From positions 1-43,267 of the forward strand of contig CAMHCL010000001.1 in assembly GCA_946183625.1 (NCBI GenBank): a stretch of DNA of 43,267 nucleotides, in the 5' to 3' direction. This DNA is from an uncultured Lachnospiraceae bacterium. GTDB taxonomy: Bacteria; Bacillota; Clostridia; Lachnospirales; Lachnospiraceae. The notes below the pieces were generated by a model. It did no database searches and was not told where the DNA came from. It was given only the letters and a program-made list of their open reading frames with translations. This document shows, one piece after another, positions 18,712 through 28,745 of this stretch. Within the stretch, counting starts at the first letter, position 1; the number at the start of each line of letters is the position of its first letter. A program made the translations under genes and the position numbers.

Positions 18712-21642
18712 TCAATCGTCTCCCAGCTTCAGAGCCTCTGTAATGTTCAGATCCTTGATGATCCTTCTGTTCCAGATGATACATATCACCATAAATAACA
18801 GAAGTATCAGTCCCAGCTTCAGCATATCCCCAAGGGACGAGCTGGCAAAAAGTGCTATATTATGCTTCTGTGGCAGATAGAATGTTGCAAAAAGCTTTGC
18901 AAAAAGCTTCGACGACAAAACACCGGCAATGATTCCCGCCATTATCGCAACCAGCGACAGGAACGCCTGCTCTATCATTATCATACTATTGATCTCTTTC
19001 CGGCTGATACCCATAGCACGGTATATACCAAACAGAAGTTCTCTGTCTCTTATGGATGTGAGCCAGTAGATCATGTAGCCAATAATACACAGAATAAGTG
19101 CAATAATGAAATCCGCCGTAAAAAGTCCATTTGTGATCTGAAGAATAGCAGTGGACTTCTCCTCCAGGATTTCCTCATCAGTTGATACAACATCATTCAG
19201 GTATCTGTCAGTTCCCTCAAACTCCACCTTCAGCTTATCTCTTACTTCATCTGTGGAAGCATCTGTCCTGACCCATACCTCATAAGGCATAGTTCCAAAT
19301 ACAGACATAGAGTTCGAATAATTCATAATTATAAGGCTTCTATTTGTACTGGATTTCTTCACAGTCTTAACCACAGGATCACTGAGGATATTATCAAGTC
19401 CAGGATGATTTTCTCCCGAAACCACTACTTCCTCAGTCTCATCAGAATAAGCATATTTATACTTATCATATCCCGGCCAGGCGTCGATAATTCCTACAAC
19501 CTTAAGGTCGGAACCACCTGCATCGTCACTTCCATACATTTCAGGAATAGGAGACTTAATGAATACCCTGATCATATCTCCTTCCTTTATCTCAAATGTA
19601 TTGGCCAAATTCCTTGATATCAGGATACCTTCTTTATTCTTTGCCAATGTGTTCAGATAATTATACCAATGTTTATCATTAAGGTTTGGATCAAGCTGAG
19701 CTATCTCCCCAAACTCCTTGGTGTTGACTCCCATGATCGTGACATTCGGAACATTTTTCTGCTTTGCAACAGCAATACCCTTTTCGCTATACATAACCTT
19801 GGTAATTGCATCAAATGTACCGTCATCATTCAGGTGCTCATATGCCTGATATGCTGGTTCTCTATAATCCCAGGTCTTAAAATCAATACCTCTTGTCTTA
19901 AGCTTCCATTTCTCCTTGATCCTCATTTCAGTACCAACATTATATTCAATTCTGGCCTGCTTATTGGCATTTATTGTTCTAGCCATATTTGCATTAAAAA
20001 GGCTCATAGCCACAGTCATAACCAGGAAGATGGAAATAACACCAGAACTCTTTCTGGTTCTGAGGATCTGCAGAAGTCCTGCATAAGTCGCGATCTTATA
20101 CTTCTTGCTGCCAAGCTTTGTAACAAACTTTACTACATAGAATATAAGTCTCATTATCAACATTCCACACGCAAATAAGAACAAAGTGGAATTGATGAAG
20201 ATGACCGGATCGATTCCCTTTCCATTAATTACATCCTGAGCAAGATTGTCCAGCTGCTTGTTGTAGTTCACCAGAAGATAGATTGAGATTGCGATCAGGA
20301 TTATATCCAGATAATATCGCTCCCATGTCGGAACCACACTTCTCTTCTTTCCCTCTTTCTTCTTCTTGAAGAAAAGCAGAACAGGTATAATCATAATGAT
20401 TATCGCGACTATGCAGGCAACCAATCCCGCCAGTATCATAGACGGAGTAAATATGTAATCCTTGGTACTGATCCTGTCAGCACCCCAGGTAAAGCTCATA
20501 AAATCATCTGTTCCGGCTACAAGCTTTCCGAGCAGGAATCCAAGCAGGACACCAGGAGCAAGTGAAACAGCACAAAGGATTACAGACTGTATAAGATACA
20601 TTCCTATAATCCTTGACTTACTTAAACCTCTGTCTCTCAGGTTTCTAAGTTCCCCGTTTTCAGAATCAATGATCCTGAAGGATATCATTCCTATGAAAAC
20701 GATTACAAGAATAATAAGTGGAAGCGTAATGACATAAGTCATCTGCTTAATCGAAACACTCTCCTTATTGTAATTCTTCACAACAGGAGTAATACTTTCA
20801 GAAATATATAAATCCTTCTTCAGAATGCTCTTTATTGCAGCCTGAATATACATTACATTTGTCGAATCAATATATCTGTAATCAACGGCATGATTGACGC
20901 GGTAATACACATTCTTCTCACCGGTCTGTACCAGATAATCAAAGAAATCCTTGTCAACTATAAGGAATGCCCTCTCAGGTAATCCCTCATTCCAGTAATA
21001 ATCATCACGATTTTCTCTTACAATACCCGACACATAGACCACTGCGTCCTCAGTTGCACTGACCTTCGAAAGAGTAATGACTTCACCAGGTACCACGCCA
21101 TAAGTAGTGGCCATACTTTCACTGACATAGCAAGGCACAGCACCTTCCGGAATCTCAACTCCAGAATCACTATAAGAGGATATATCCTCTCCCATTTCGA
21201 CGCCTGATATAACAGTAAAATGTTCTTCATCCGTGTCATAATACCCTACATCAGCATGTCCGCTGTCACCATAGCTATATAAAACCTGTACATTTTTAAC
21301 GAAGATGGTCCGCTGATCAGAAACAACAGGAATCTGAAGCTTCCTATCCCAGTCATTTACTATGTCATCCACATAATCATGCATGAAATCTGAAGGTTTG
21401 GAGTCCCCCATATTTTCCTTAACATCTTCATAATGCAAGGCATCCTCTCTCTGAAGTACTGCAGGGAATGCTCCTGAGCTTTCATATTGTCTCAAGAATC
21501 CACTCATGACAGACTTATCCAGAGAACCACGCCTAAACATCATAACCAGTGAGAACATGGTTATCATGGAGACAATACCTACTATCAGACACAGGTAGAG
21601 CTTATATTTATTTTTAATCTTGACTAAAATGTACCTGATCAT
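18712..21642 (-). CDS. Large FtsX-like ABC permease (two FtsX modules)
   Basis: Multiple TM helices; ELRNLRDRGLS and LFGIYRAMGIS motifs; ends EALKLGDD. Confidence 0.88.
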   Translation of the reverse strand: MIRYILVKIKNKYKLYLCLIVGIVSMITMFSLVMMFRRGSLDKSVMSGFLRQYESSGAFPAVLQREDALHYEDVKENMGDSKPSDFMHDYVDDIVNDWDRKLQIPVVSDQRTIFVKNVQVLYSYGDSGHADVGYYDTDEEHFTVISGVEMGEDISSYSDSGVEIPEGAVPCYVSESMATTYGVVPGEVITLSKVSATEDAVVYVSGIVRENRDDYYWNEGLPERAFLIVDKDFFDYLVQTGEKNVYYRVNHAVDYRYIDSTNVMYIQAAIKSILKKDLYISESITPVVKNYNKESVSIKQMTYVITLPLIILVIVFIGMISFRIIDSENGELRNLRDRGLSKSRIIGMYLIQSVILCAVSLAPGVLLGFLLGKLVAGTDDFMSFTWGADRISTKDYIFTPSMILAGLVACIVAIIIMIIPVLLFFKKKKEGKKRSVVPTWERYYLDIILIAISIYLLVNYNKQLDNLAQDVINGKGIDPVIFINSTLFLFACGMLIMRLIFYVVKFVTKLGSKKYKIATYAGLLQILRTRKSSGVISIFLVMTVAMSLFNANMARTINANKQARIEYNVGTEMRIKEKWKLKTRGIDFKTWDYREPAYQAYEHLNDDGTFDAITKVMYSEKGIAVAKQKNVPNVTIMGVNTKEFGEIAQLDPNLNDKHWYNYLNTLAKNKEGILISRNLANTFEIKEGDMIRVFIKSPIPEMYGSDDAGGSDLKVVGIIDAWPGYDKYKYAYSDETEEVVVSGENHPGLDNILSDPVVKTVKKSSTNRSLIIMNYSNSMSVFGTMPYEVWVRTDASTDEVRDKLKVEFEGTDRYLNDVVSTDEEILEEKSTAILQITNGLFTADFIIALILCIIGYMIYWLTSIRDRELLFGIYRAMGISRKEINSMIMIEQAFLSLVAIMAGIIAGVLSSKLFAKLFATFYLPQKHNIALFASSSLGDMLKLGLILLLFMVICIIWNRRIIKDLNITEALKLGDD

Positions 21643-23954
21643 ATAAGTATTACATCTCCCACATTTATGCCGTTAAGTACCAGCACTTCTTTACCAATAT
21701 TATCCGAATCAAGAGGTACTACAAATTCCTTTACTATCTGTCCATTCTTTACTTTCCATACGAAGTATTTCTCATTTCCTGAGAGCTTATCAGTTTCCAA
21801 ATGAATAGCTCCTCTAGGAATAGCTACCGAATTCTCCATATAGTTGTTATCAAAAAGAAGAGTTGCGCCAGTCAGTTCCTCTATCGTTACATCACTATCC
21901 ACTTCAACATAAAACTGTTCTCCGGTTCTGGTTCCCTGAGGTTCTACAGTCTCAAAGCGTTCATTATTTCTGGTGAATAGAATATATCTGGTTTTCTGTC
22001 CACACTTTCCTATAGTATGGCCCTCATATTCCTTACCATCCTTTTCGAACCTGACCTTCTGTCCTAAAGCAGGAGCAACCGGAATTCCTCCCACTGCCTT
22101 TGTAGAACCACTTGGTACACCTACGTAGAGGATCAGTTTGCCTTCTGATGATTTTCTTTTGGTTACAGTCATAATGTATTCGCCAGACTTTAATATGGCA
22201 TTATCCAGAGACACCTCATAATCCAGAACTCCATCGGAACTGGCATATAGATGTTGTATTCCATCCCCATCTACATCCCCACAGATCTGATTATATTTTT
22301 TAGAAAGTGCTGATCTGTCAGAATTATAAATAGCCTCATCAAATTCATGGATTGCATTAAGCGCATCCAGCTGACACTGAGTTCTCTCTGCCAGATATCT
22401 GGTTTCTCTTATGGCATCCGTATCTGTCGCCATCATAGATGGATCCATGTTATTCGCATCATTTATAACGCCCTCCAGTTCTTCCTTCTGGGCATTGTAA
22501 TCTTTGAGTGTCTTTTGATGATCGCTATCCAGCTTACTTATCTCCAAGCGGAGTTTTTCCTTCTCAGATACACCCGAACTAAGCTTTATATCGAAGAGAT
22601 GATCTCCCGCCGATACATTCCCTGGCTCCGCCAGATTGGTGATCGTACCCGAATATCTGGCAATGTAAATATCTGTTCCCGGATATGTAGCATCAAAATA
22701 TTTTGTATCGTATGTATCTCCAAAGGTAGCTGTTACCACTTCATATTCTTTATATTCATTTGGGATCATCGTAAGAGTTTTATAGAAGATCTCTTCGCCT
22801 TCTTCAACACCACTCTTGATCTCTGTGTAGAGTCCATCCGTAGCGCCTACTTCAACTTTTCGTCTCTCCATCTTGGAATAATCAACAGTCACATCGCCAG
22901 GAGTAGCACCCTCTATTACGGCATCCTCTCCTGTTTTCACATATAGATAGGTACCTTCCTCCTCATAATAGAGAGAGTCATTTCCAACAGTAAGAACATA
23001 ATCCCTGCTGCTGTTCATGAAGTAGAGCGGCAGAGTTTCACCCATCGTAAGTTTTCTTCCATCAATAGGAACAAATCTCATATATGGGAATTTACCCTTT
23101 GATGTTGCATAAGAAACTTCTGAGTTAGTATAATCCAGTTCATCTATATCTACTGGCTCACCACCTATAACAGTCCACTTGCTTTGGAACTTCTCAAATT
23201 GATAATCTTTGAGATCCTGGGCTTTCATTTCTATATACAGGTCGTCATAATCTGAGATCACAACTATATTGGTATTGCCCTCTAGTACATTTCCCTTACT
23301 GAGATCAGCAACAAATGTAACATATCCTGAATGCGGAGCTAAAAATGTCTGCTTGTCCCTCTCCTCAACCAGCTTTGCAATGTCTTTATCCAGACTGGCT
23401 ATCTGCTGATCCAGAAGTGCCAGATCATATGAAAGTTCTTCCTGTTCTTCTGCAGTCTGTACTACCTTGGCTTCAGCTCCTTCCGGATTTCCTACGAAGT
23501 CCTCTGTCATTCTCTCATATCCCAGTTCTTCAATCCTGGCATCATGAGTCTTCTGAGCCCTGATCTTACTCTTCTGTAGTTTAGTCTTCTGGTTCGACAG
23601 TTCATTTATCTGTTCATTCAGATCTGTTACATCACCATAGGCTACTATCTGTCCTTCTTCTATGTAATCACCTATCTCGACCTCGATGCTGCTTACGCTT
23701 ACCATCTCCTTCGAGAAGCATGGATAGTCCATAGGAACAACTATTCCATAGAACATGTTGCTTCTTCCCACAATCCTCTTTTCTACAGGTCTGAAGAATG
23801 CCTGAGTTCCGGTGGATTCAAGCAGTTCAGGAACTTCTCTCTTCTGACCGCATGCCGTGGCAAGAGAAACAGTTCCCAGAAGCTGTGCAAAGATAAGTGT
23901 GCATACTATGAAGTTTTTTATATTTCTCTTTATTTTCATATCACTTAACCGCAA
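21639..23954 (-). CDS. Lipoprotein with tandem membrane-fusion/adaptor modules
   Basis: Lipobox LATAC; lipoyl-like VEIGDYIEEGQ, coiled coil, EIKSGVEEGE, then a second module ending VLNGINVGD; alternative start at 23939. Confidence 0.8.
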   Translation of the reverse strand: MRLSDMKIKRNIKNFIVCTLIFAQLLGTVSLATACGQKREVPELLESTGTQAFFRPVEKRIVGRSNMFYGIVVPMDYPCFSKEMVSVSSIEVEIGDYIEEGQIVAYGDVTDLNEQINELSNQKTKLQKSKIRAQKTHDARIEELGYERMTEDFVGNPEGAEAKVVQTAEEQEELSYDLALLDQQIASLDKDIAKLVEERDKQTFLAPHSGYVTFVADLSKGNVLEGNTNIVVISDYDDLYIEMKAQDLKDYQFEKFQSKWTVIGGEPVDIDELDYTNSEVSYATSKGKFPYMRFVPIDGRKLTMGETLPLYFMNSSRDYVLTVGNDSLYYEEEGTYLYVKTGEDAVIEGATPGDVTVDYSKMERRKVEVGATDGLYTEIKSGVEEGEEIFYKTLTMIPNEYKEYEVVTATFGDTYDTKYFDATYPGTDIYIARYSGTITNLAEPGNVSAGDHLFDIKLSSGVSEKEKLRLEISKLDSDHQKTLKDYNAQKEELEGVINDANNMDPSMMATDTDAIRETRYLAERTQCQLDALNAIHEFDEAIYNSDRSALSKKYNQICGDVDGDGIQHLYASSDGVLDYEVSLDNAILKSGEYIMTVTKRKSSEGKLILYVGVPSGSTKAVGGIPVAPALGQKVRFEKDGKEYEGHTIGKCGQKTRYILFTRNNERFETVEPQGTRTGEQFYVEVDSDVTIEELTGATLLFDNNYMENSVAIPRGAIHLETDKLSGNEKYFVWKVKNGQIVKEFVVPLDSDNIGKEVLVLNGINVGDVILI

Positions 23955-25104
23955 CTATCTCTCCGCCTTCAAGACCTTCTCTTATTACTATATAATCATC
24001 TACACGTCCACCAACTGTGACACGTACAGCTTTAAAGTCTTCATTCTCTGTTTTTACAAATACATAATTTCCATCTTCCGCTTCAATCACTGCCCCCTTC
24101 TCAACATACACCGCATCCTTAATTTCAGGCTGTTCATATGTCAGGATAAGAGACAGGCTCGGTACCACATTATCATTTCCAAGAAGCTTGAAGTAAACAT
24201 CATCTCCCGGCTTATATGCAGCATCTGTCGGAGATGCGTTATCTGCATCTGTTGGAGATGCGCTGGCGAAGCTGGCATCTGTTGGAGATGCACCATTTGC
24301 ATAAGCCTTACCCTCAGCCGGATCCATAACCTCTAAGTCATACTTTTCCAGGAAAGTAACACCTGTATATACGTCTCCAGGTTTGAACTGCAGACCACCC
24401 TCTGCAGCGCTCTCATCAATTTCTACAACATCAGGCTTAAATACATATATTCCAGCCCCTTTAAATACCTTTATAAGCGGCGAACCAATTGCAATATATC
24501 CATCCTGAAGAGATGCATCTACATAGCTCACCATGCCGCTTGATTCAGAAATAATATTCAATTCACTATAGGTCTTGTTGATATCTTCAATACTGATATT
24601 AGCTATCGCTATATCAGCCTTAACACTTTCAATCTCATATGTCATATCAAGGTTCGGATCTATAGCCACCATATTCCTGTAATGCTCTAATTTAAGAATA
24701 TCCTCTGCTCTTTGCTTCTGATACTCCTTCAGCTTGTCATCAAGAATCTTCGACTTTAAGGTCACAAGAACATCACCGACGTTAACACGATCGCCAACAT
24801 TCACCTTAACCTCATCTACTTCGACATCATAATTATCTATAAGTCGTGTAGCTTCGTTCTGACTATATCTATAGGTATCTTCATCGGAATTGACCAGGGA
24901 TAGAGTTTTCTCAAAGACAGGCTTCAGATCACCTCTCTTAACTTCTGTCACACTCTCTGCTGGTCCATCATATACGACGTCACCTGCTGGAACCAGAGAA
25001 TCTGTTGCTTTCTTCTGACATCCGGCAAGCACAAAAAGAAGAAGCAGAAACGCTTCTATGATGCATAGTTTCTTCTTTAAATCACGTAAAACTTTAACCT
25101 TCAT
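23941..25104 (-). CDS. Lipoprotein efflux adaptor (membrane fusion protein)
   Basis: Lipobox LAGC; VNVGDRVNVGD; IREGLEGGE. Confidence 0.82.
   Translation of the reverse strand: MKVKVLRDLKKKLCIIEAFLLLLFVLAGCQKKATDSLVPAGDVVYDGPAESVTEVKRGDLKPVFEKTLSLVNSDEDTYRYSQNEATRLIDNYDVEVDEVKVNVGDRVNVGDVLVTLKSKILDDKLKEYQKQRAEDILKLEHYRNMVAIDPNLDMTYEIESVKADIAIANISIEDINKTYSELNIISESSGMVSYVDASLQDGYIAIGSPLIKVFKGAGIYVFKPDVVEIDESAAEGGLQFKPGDVYTGVTFLEKYDLEVMDPAEGKAYANGASPTDASFASASPTDADNASPTDAAYKPGDDVYFKLLGNDNVVPSLSLILTYEQPEIKDAVYVEKGAVIEAEDGNYVFVKTENEDFKAVRVTVGGRVDDYIVIREGLEGGEIVAVK
24220..24291 (-). repeat. Three ASPTDA-encoding repeats inside the adaptor gene
   Basis: GCATCTGT(T/C)GGAGATGC on the plus strand at about 24221, 24245 and 24275. 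Confidence 0.9.
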
Positions 25105-25189
25105 CTGTTTTTCGTCTCTTTATAAAATTTTCCCCCTGTGTGGTAATATATCATTTTATTCATTATTAAACAATATACATATTTGCCAA

Positions 25190-25432
25190 AAAATAGTGGC
25201 AAATATTCACTCATCACGCGGCTTGCGCCTCAAATCGCATGTACCAGAATTGCTAAAGCAATTCTGCATACGCTTCGCGTATGTCTGTGCTTCGCACAGG
25301 TATCCTTTGCTTCGCACAGGATGCTCGCCCTAAAGGCCGAGCACTATCACGTAACAGTTCTAAGGATGCAAAATACGCATCCAAAGAACTGACGTCACTA
25401 CATGGTTCTTCGTGGATATTTGCCACTATTTT
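25190..25432. mobile_element. 243-bp TIR-bounded, multi-hairpin non-coding element (MITE/REP-like)
   Basis: AAAATAGTGGCAAATAT(T/C)CAC inverted repeats, 20/21 match (25190-25210 and 25412-25432); at least six internal hairpins; no transposase. Confidence 0.65.
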
Positions 25433-27066
25433 CATTCACTCTTCTCTTCGTTATCTACCACTAGGGTGGCGGAGCCGAAGGCCTTAAGTGGTTTACCGTT
25501 CTCGTCGTACTCAAGGGTGTAGCGGACAATGAATGGTATACGGCCTGCCGTAAGCGGTATGACTGCTTCCAGATTGTCAACACCATCTCTCATCTGTTTC
25601 ATCCAGTCTCTGTACATGTCTGCATAGTCTGCAGGGAACAGACCGGATTCTATAACAGGTTCCGGATAGTTCTTTACAACTGGCGGAAGCCCCAGGTCTC
25701 TCATACATCTGAAGCATGGATGCATCTCAAAGGTTGAGAGATTTACTTCCCATGCATATACATTTGCATGCTCAAATCCATATTTAAGAAGATGCTCACT
25801 GTTATTTAACTCCATCAAAGCCTTCTTCTCTGTAGTTACATTCCTTACTCTCGAATATATAAGGTACTTATCTCCACCCTTACCTACCACTCTCATGTGG
25901 CTTCTGATACATATCTTTTCTTCTCCACACAATTTTGTACAGTAACTACGCCAGGTGTCACACATTTCTTCATCATCAGAGGCAATGGCTTTCTTGATAG
26001 TTTCTTCATATATTTTGAGATTTTCTTCATCAAAGCATTCCCATGGATCGCTATTCAGAATGTCATATTCATCCTGACCTCTGCCAATCTCTCTGACGTA
26101 CTGCTCATTAACTCTGTGAATTTCAGCTGAATGATCATATATATCGTATGTCATTACAACTGCCGGCCCTACAAAGTTACTGAAAATGATTGCTTCCATA
26201 GAATCCGGATCCCAGAATTTGCCATTATCCATATCAGTGATCAGCTGCATCGCAGACTGCACCGGCTCATAATCCATATCCTTGATTTTCTGAAGGAAGC
26301 CAGCCTCTTCAAGAGGTTTTGAATACAGATAACCCTGGATATAATTACAGCCCATGCTCTTAAGGAAGTTAGCCATTTCCATGGTCTCAACGCCCTCTGC
26401 AATAACAGGTGTCTGTAGCCATTTTGCCATCTGAATGATGGAATTAAGGATCGTACCACCACGGCCTCCAAGCTTTCCACTCATGAAGATCATGTCCAGC
26501 TTGATTATATCTATATCCAGATCCTTCAGGATGTTCAGTGATGAATATCCGCTTCCGAAGTCATCCATTTCAACCAGATAGCCATAACCATGGAGCCTGT
26601 CCAGTGCATTTTTAACCAGCTTTATACCACCTATAGCTGAGGATTCTGTAATCTCTATACGAAGATATTTAACTGGAACATCGTACTTCTGCCTTATCTT
26701 CTCTATCTCTTCAACATAATCTCTGTCATAGATATCATAGCGGGACAGATTAACAGAAATCGGAACAACAGTTAACCCTTCATCGATACATTTATTAATA
26801 AATCTGCAAACCATATCAAACAGATGCAGATCAGCCTTATATATAAGGCCATTACTCTCCAGTACAGGAATAAAATCGGAAGGGTACTGCATTCCGCATT
26901 CCGGATCCTTCCATCTCATAAGAGCCTCCGCTCCAACCATACGTCCGGTTGAATGATTTACCTGAGGCTGAAAATATGCAAATATATGATCATTCTCTAT
27001 CGCTTCATCAAAAGCAGCAAGCAGCTCCTGCTCATTCATACGACTATTTGCAACCAATCCAAGCAC
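25432..27066 (-). CDS. EAL-domain c-di-GMP phosphodiesterase with C-terminal PAS-like domains
   Basis: FQP, EAL, ISVNLS, EITES, DDFGSGYSSL, EGVE, QGY all intact; no GGDEF. Confidence 0.9.
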   Translation of the reverse strand: MLGLVANSRMNEQELLAAFDEAIENDHIFAYFQPQVNHSTGRMVGAEALMRWKDPECGMQYPSDFIPVLESNGLIYKADLHLFDMVCRFINKCIDEGLTVVPISVNLSRYDIYDRDYVEEIEKIRQKYDVPVKYLRIEITESSAIGGIKLVKNALDRLHGYGYLVEMDDFGSGYSSLNILKDLDIDIIKLDMIFMSGKLGGRGGTILNSIIQMAKWLQTPVIAEGVETMEMANFLKSMGCNYIQGYLYSKPLEEAGFLQKIKDMDYEPVQSAMQLITDMDNGKFWDPDSMEAIIFSNFVGPAVVMTYDIYDHSAEIHRVNEQYVREIGRGQDEYDILNSDPWECFDEENLKIYEETIKKAIASDDEEMCDTWRSYCTKLCGEEKICIRSHMRVVGKGGDKYLIYSRVRNVTTEKKALMELNNSEHLLKYGFEHANVYAWEVNLSTFEMHPCFRCMRDLGLPPVVKNYPEPVIESGLFPADYADMYRDWMKQMRDGVDNLEAVIPLTAGRIPFIVRYTLEYDENGKPLKAFGSATLVVDNEEKSE

Positions 27067-27138
27067 CTCCCCATCACTTAAAAAACAAGCTTTCGTGCTA
27101 CATTTTAATTATAATATAACCTTTAACCTTTAAGCAAT

Positions 27139-27175
27139 AAAAAAAGGCCGATAAATAAAGCATTATCGGCCTTTT
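27139..27175. terminator. Intrinsic terminator (bidirectional type)
   Basis: AAAAAAAGGCCGATAA-N8-TTATCGGCCTTTT. Confidence 0.85.
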
Positions 27176-27198
27176 CGAATCATTTTATTAAGTTGATC

Positions 27199-28662
27199 TT
27201 AGTAACCCTTGATCGTAAATACAATAGCCTCGTCAGCTGACTTGTCTTCACGCTCTTCTGTCATTACAGTATAAACTGTTCCATCAGATGTTACACAGCT
27301 GTCTGCGAACCATGGATAATTTGTACTGAAGAGCTCGCTGTCCTCGATACGTCCGATGTAAGAACCATCCTTGTTCCAGAATGTTACTGTACGCATGTTA
27401 CCATCCATAGCCATGAATGTGCTGTCAGACTCTGTCATATATGTAACGCTTCCAAGCCCTACATTCTCGCCGTCAGCATGAAGTGCCTGCTGGAATGTAC
27501 CTGCTGTGTCATATACGAATACTGTATGTCCATCATCGCTATCCTTAGGTGAACCACATACGAAGATGTGATCGTTAGATACGGTGATGTTTGAAATGAT
27601 ATCAACCTCTGGGAATGAAATAGCTGTAGTTGTAGCTGTTCCATCTGCGATTTCAACCTTGAAGCACTCCTCACCAGATGTGAAGTAAGAGATACCCATA
27701 GTACCTGCTGGGTTCATAGCTACATAATCAATATCCTGATTATCAAATGTATTAGCTACTGCTCCATCCTTCCACTCAATAAATGGTGCACTGAAGGATG
27801 ACAGGTAGAGACTACCATTATCTGACACGTCCATATTTGAGTACTCAGCGCCCAGATCATATTCATTGCTGAACTTAAGTGTATCACCACTGATTGAATA
27901 CTCTCTTAATGTTGTCTTGTTAAGGAGATAAACCTTATCACCTACAACTCCGATCTGATGTTCAAATGTATCGTGTGTAATAAGTGGCTCATCCATAAGA
28001 AGTGGAGAAGCTGTAACAGTTACACTGCCAACTGTTGCATCAGAAGCTGTTGCAGTAAATGGTGTTCCTTCCCAATACCAAGGACCATCTTCATTTCCAA
28101 TATCATTGATGTTGTATGTGATACCATCCAGAAGCGTCTGAACTGCAGGATTACTTACCTCACCATTAACTTCAATTTCAAATGACTCATTAGCGCCCTC
28201 ATTACGAGCGATATACTCTACTGAAGACTCTGACTTCTCATACTTCAGGAATTCGGCACCGCCGATATTGATTCTGTCATATCCGCCTTCATCATATTCC
28301 TTTTCATCGAATCCATCGCTGTAAAGACTGTCTCTGAATCCATAAGGATCACCAATTCTGGCACTGATGTAGACATTTACCTTGTCTTCCTCGCCATCGC
28401 TTATCTTAAGAGTAACGCTTGACTGTTCATCTTCGTCATAGAGATCATCCTCTTCATATGACCAAACACTGTCATCATAAGTTACGGTGAACAGACTAGT
28501 TTTAAGGCCATCACCTGCGGTTGCGGAGTCTCCACTTGAAGCTTCTGTTGCAGCTTCAGTTGTTGGAGTTTCTGCCTCAGTGTCTTCAGCCTTAGCTCCA
28601 CATGCACAAAGTGAAAATACAAGAGCCATTGCTACGGACGCAGCTAGAAATTTCTTTTTCAT
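27199..28662 (-). CDS. Acidic lipoprotein, probable C-terminal beta-propeller
   Basis: Signal peptide II (FSLCAC), T/E/A-rich linker, beta-strand-rich C-terminal half. Confidence 0.75.
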   Translation of the reverse strand: MKKKFLAASVAMALVFSLCACGAKAEDTEAETPTTEAATEASSGDSATAGDGLKTSLFTVTYDDSVWSYEEDDLYDEDEQSSVTLKISDGEEDKVNVYISARIGDPYGFRDSLYSDGFDEKEYDEGGYDRINIGGAEFLKYEKSESSVEYIARNEGANESFEIEVNGEVSNPAVQTLLDGITYNINDIGNEDGPWYWEGTPFTATASDATVGSVTVTASPLLMDEPLITHDTFEHQIGVVGDKVYLLNKTTLREYSISGDTLKFSNEYDLGAEYSNMDVSDNGSLYLSSFSAPFIEWKDGAVANTFDNQDIDYVAMNPAGTMGISYFTSGEECFKVEIADGTATTTAISFPEVDIISNITVSNDHIFVCGSPKDSDDGHTVFVYDTAGTFQQALHADGENVGLGSVTYMTESDSTFMAMDGNMRTVTFWNKDGSYIGRIEDSELFSTNYPWFADSCVTSDGTVYTVMTEEREDKSADEAIVFTIKGY

Positions 28663-28745
28663 AGTTGTTCCTCCCTTTCATTTTTCATATAAACACCGCA
28701 GTCATTATATCACAATAATGGTATAAATACAAAAATTATGCGGTT

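Noticed and set aside
25058-25487. Four short ORFs over the structured element (including MKIVANIHEE..., 25253-25435)
   Set aside because: They arise from palindromic sequence on both strands and show no protein motifs
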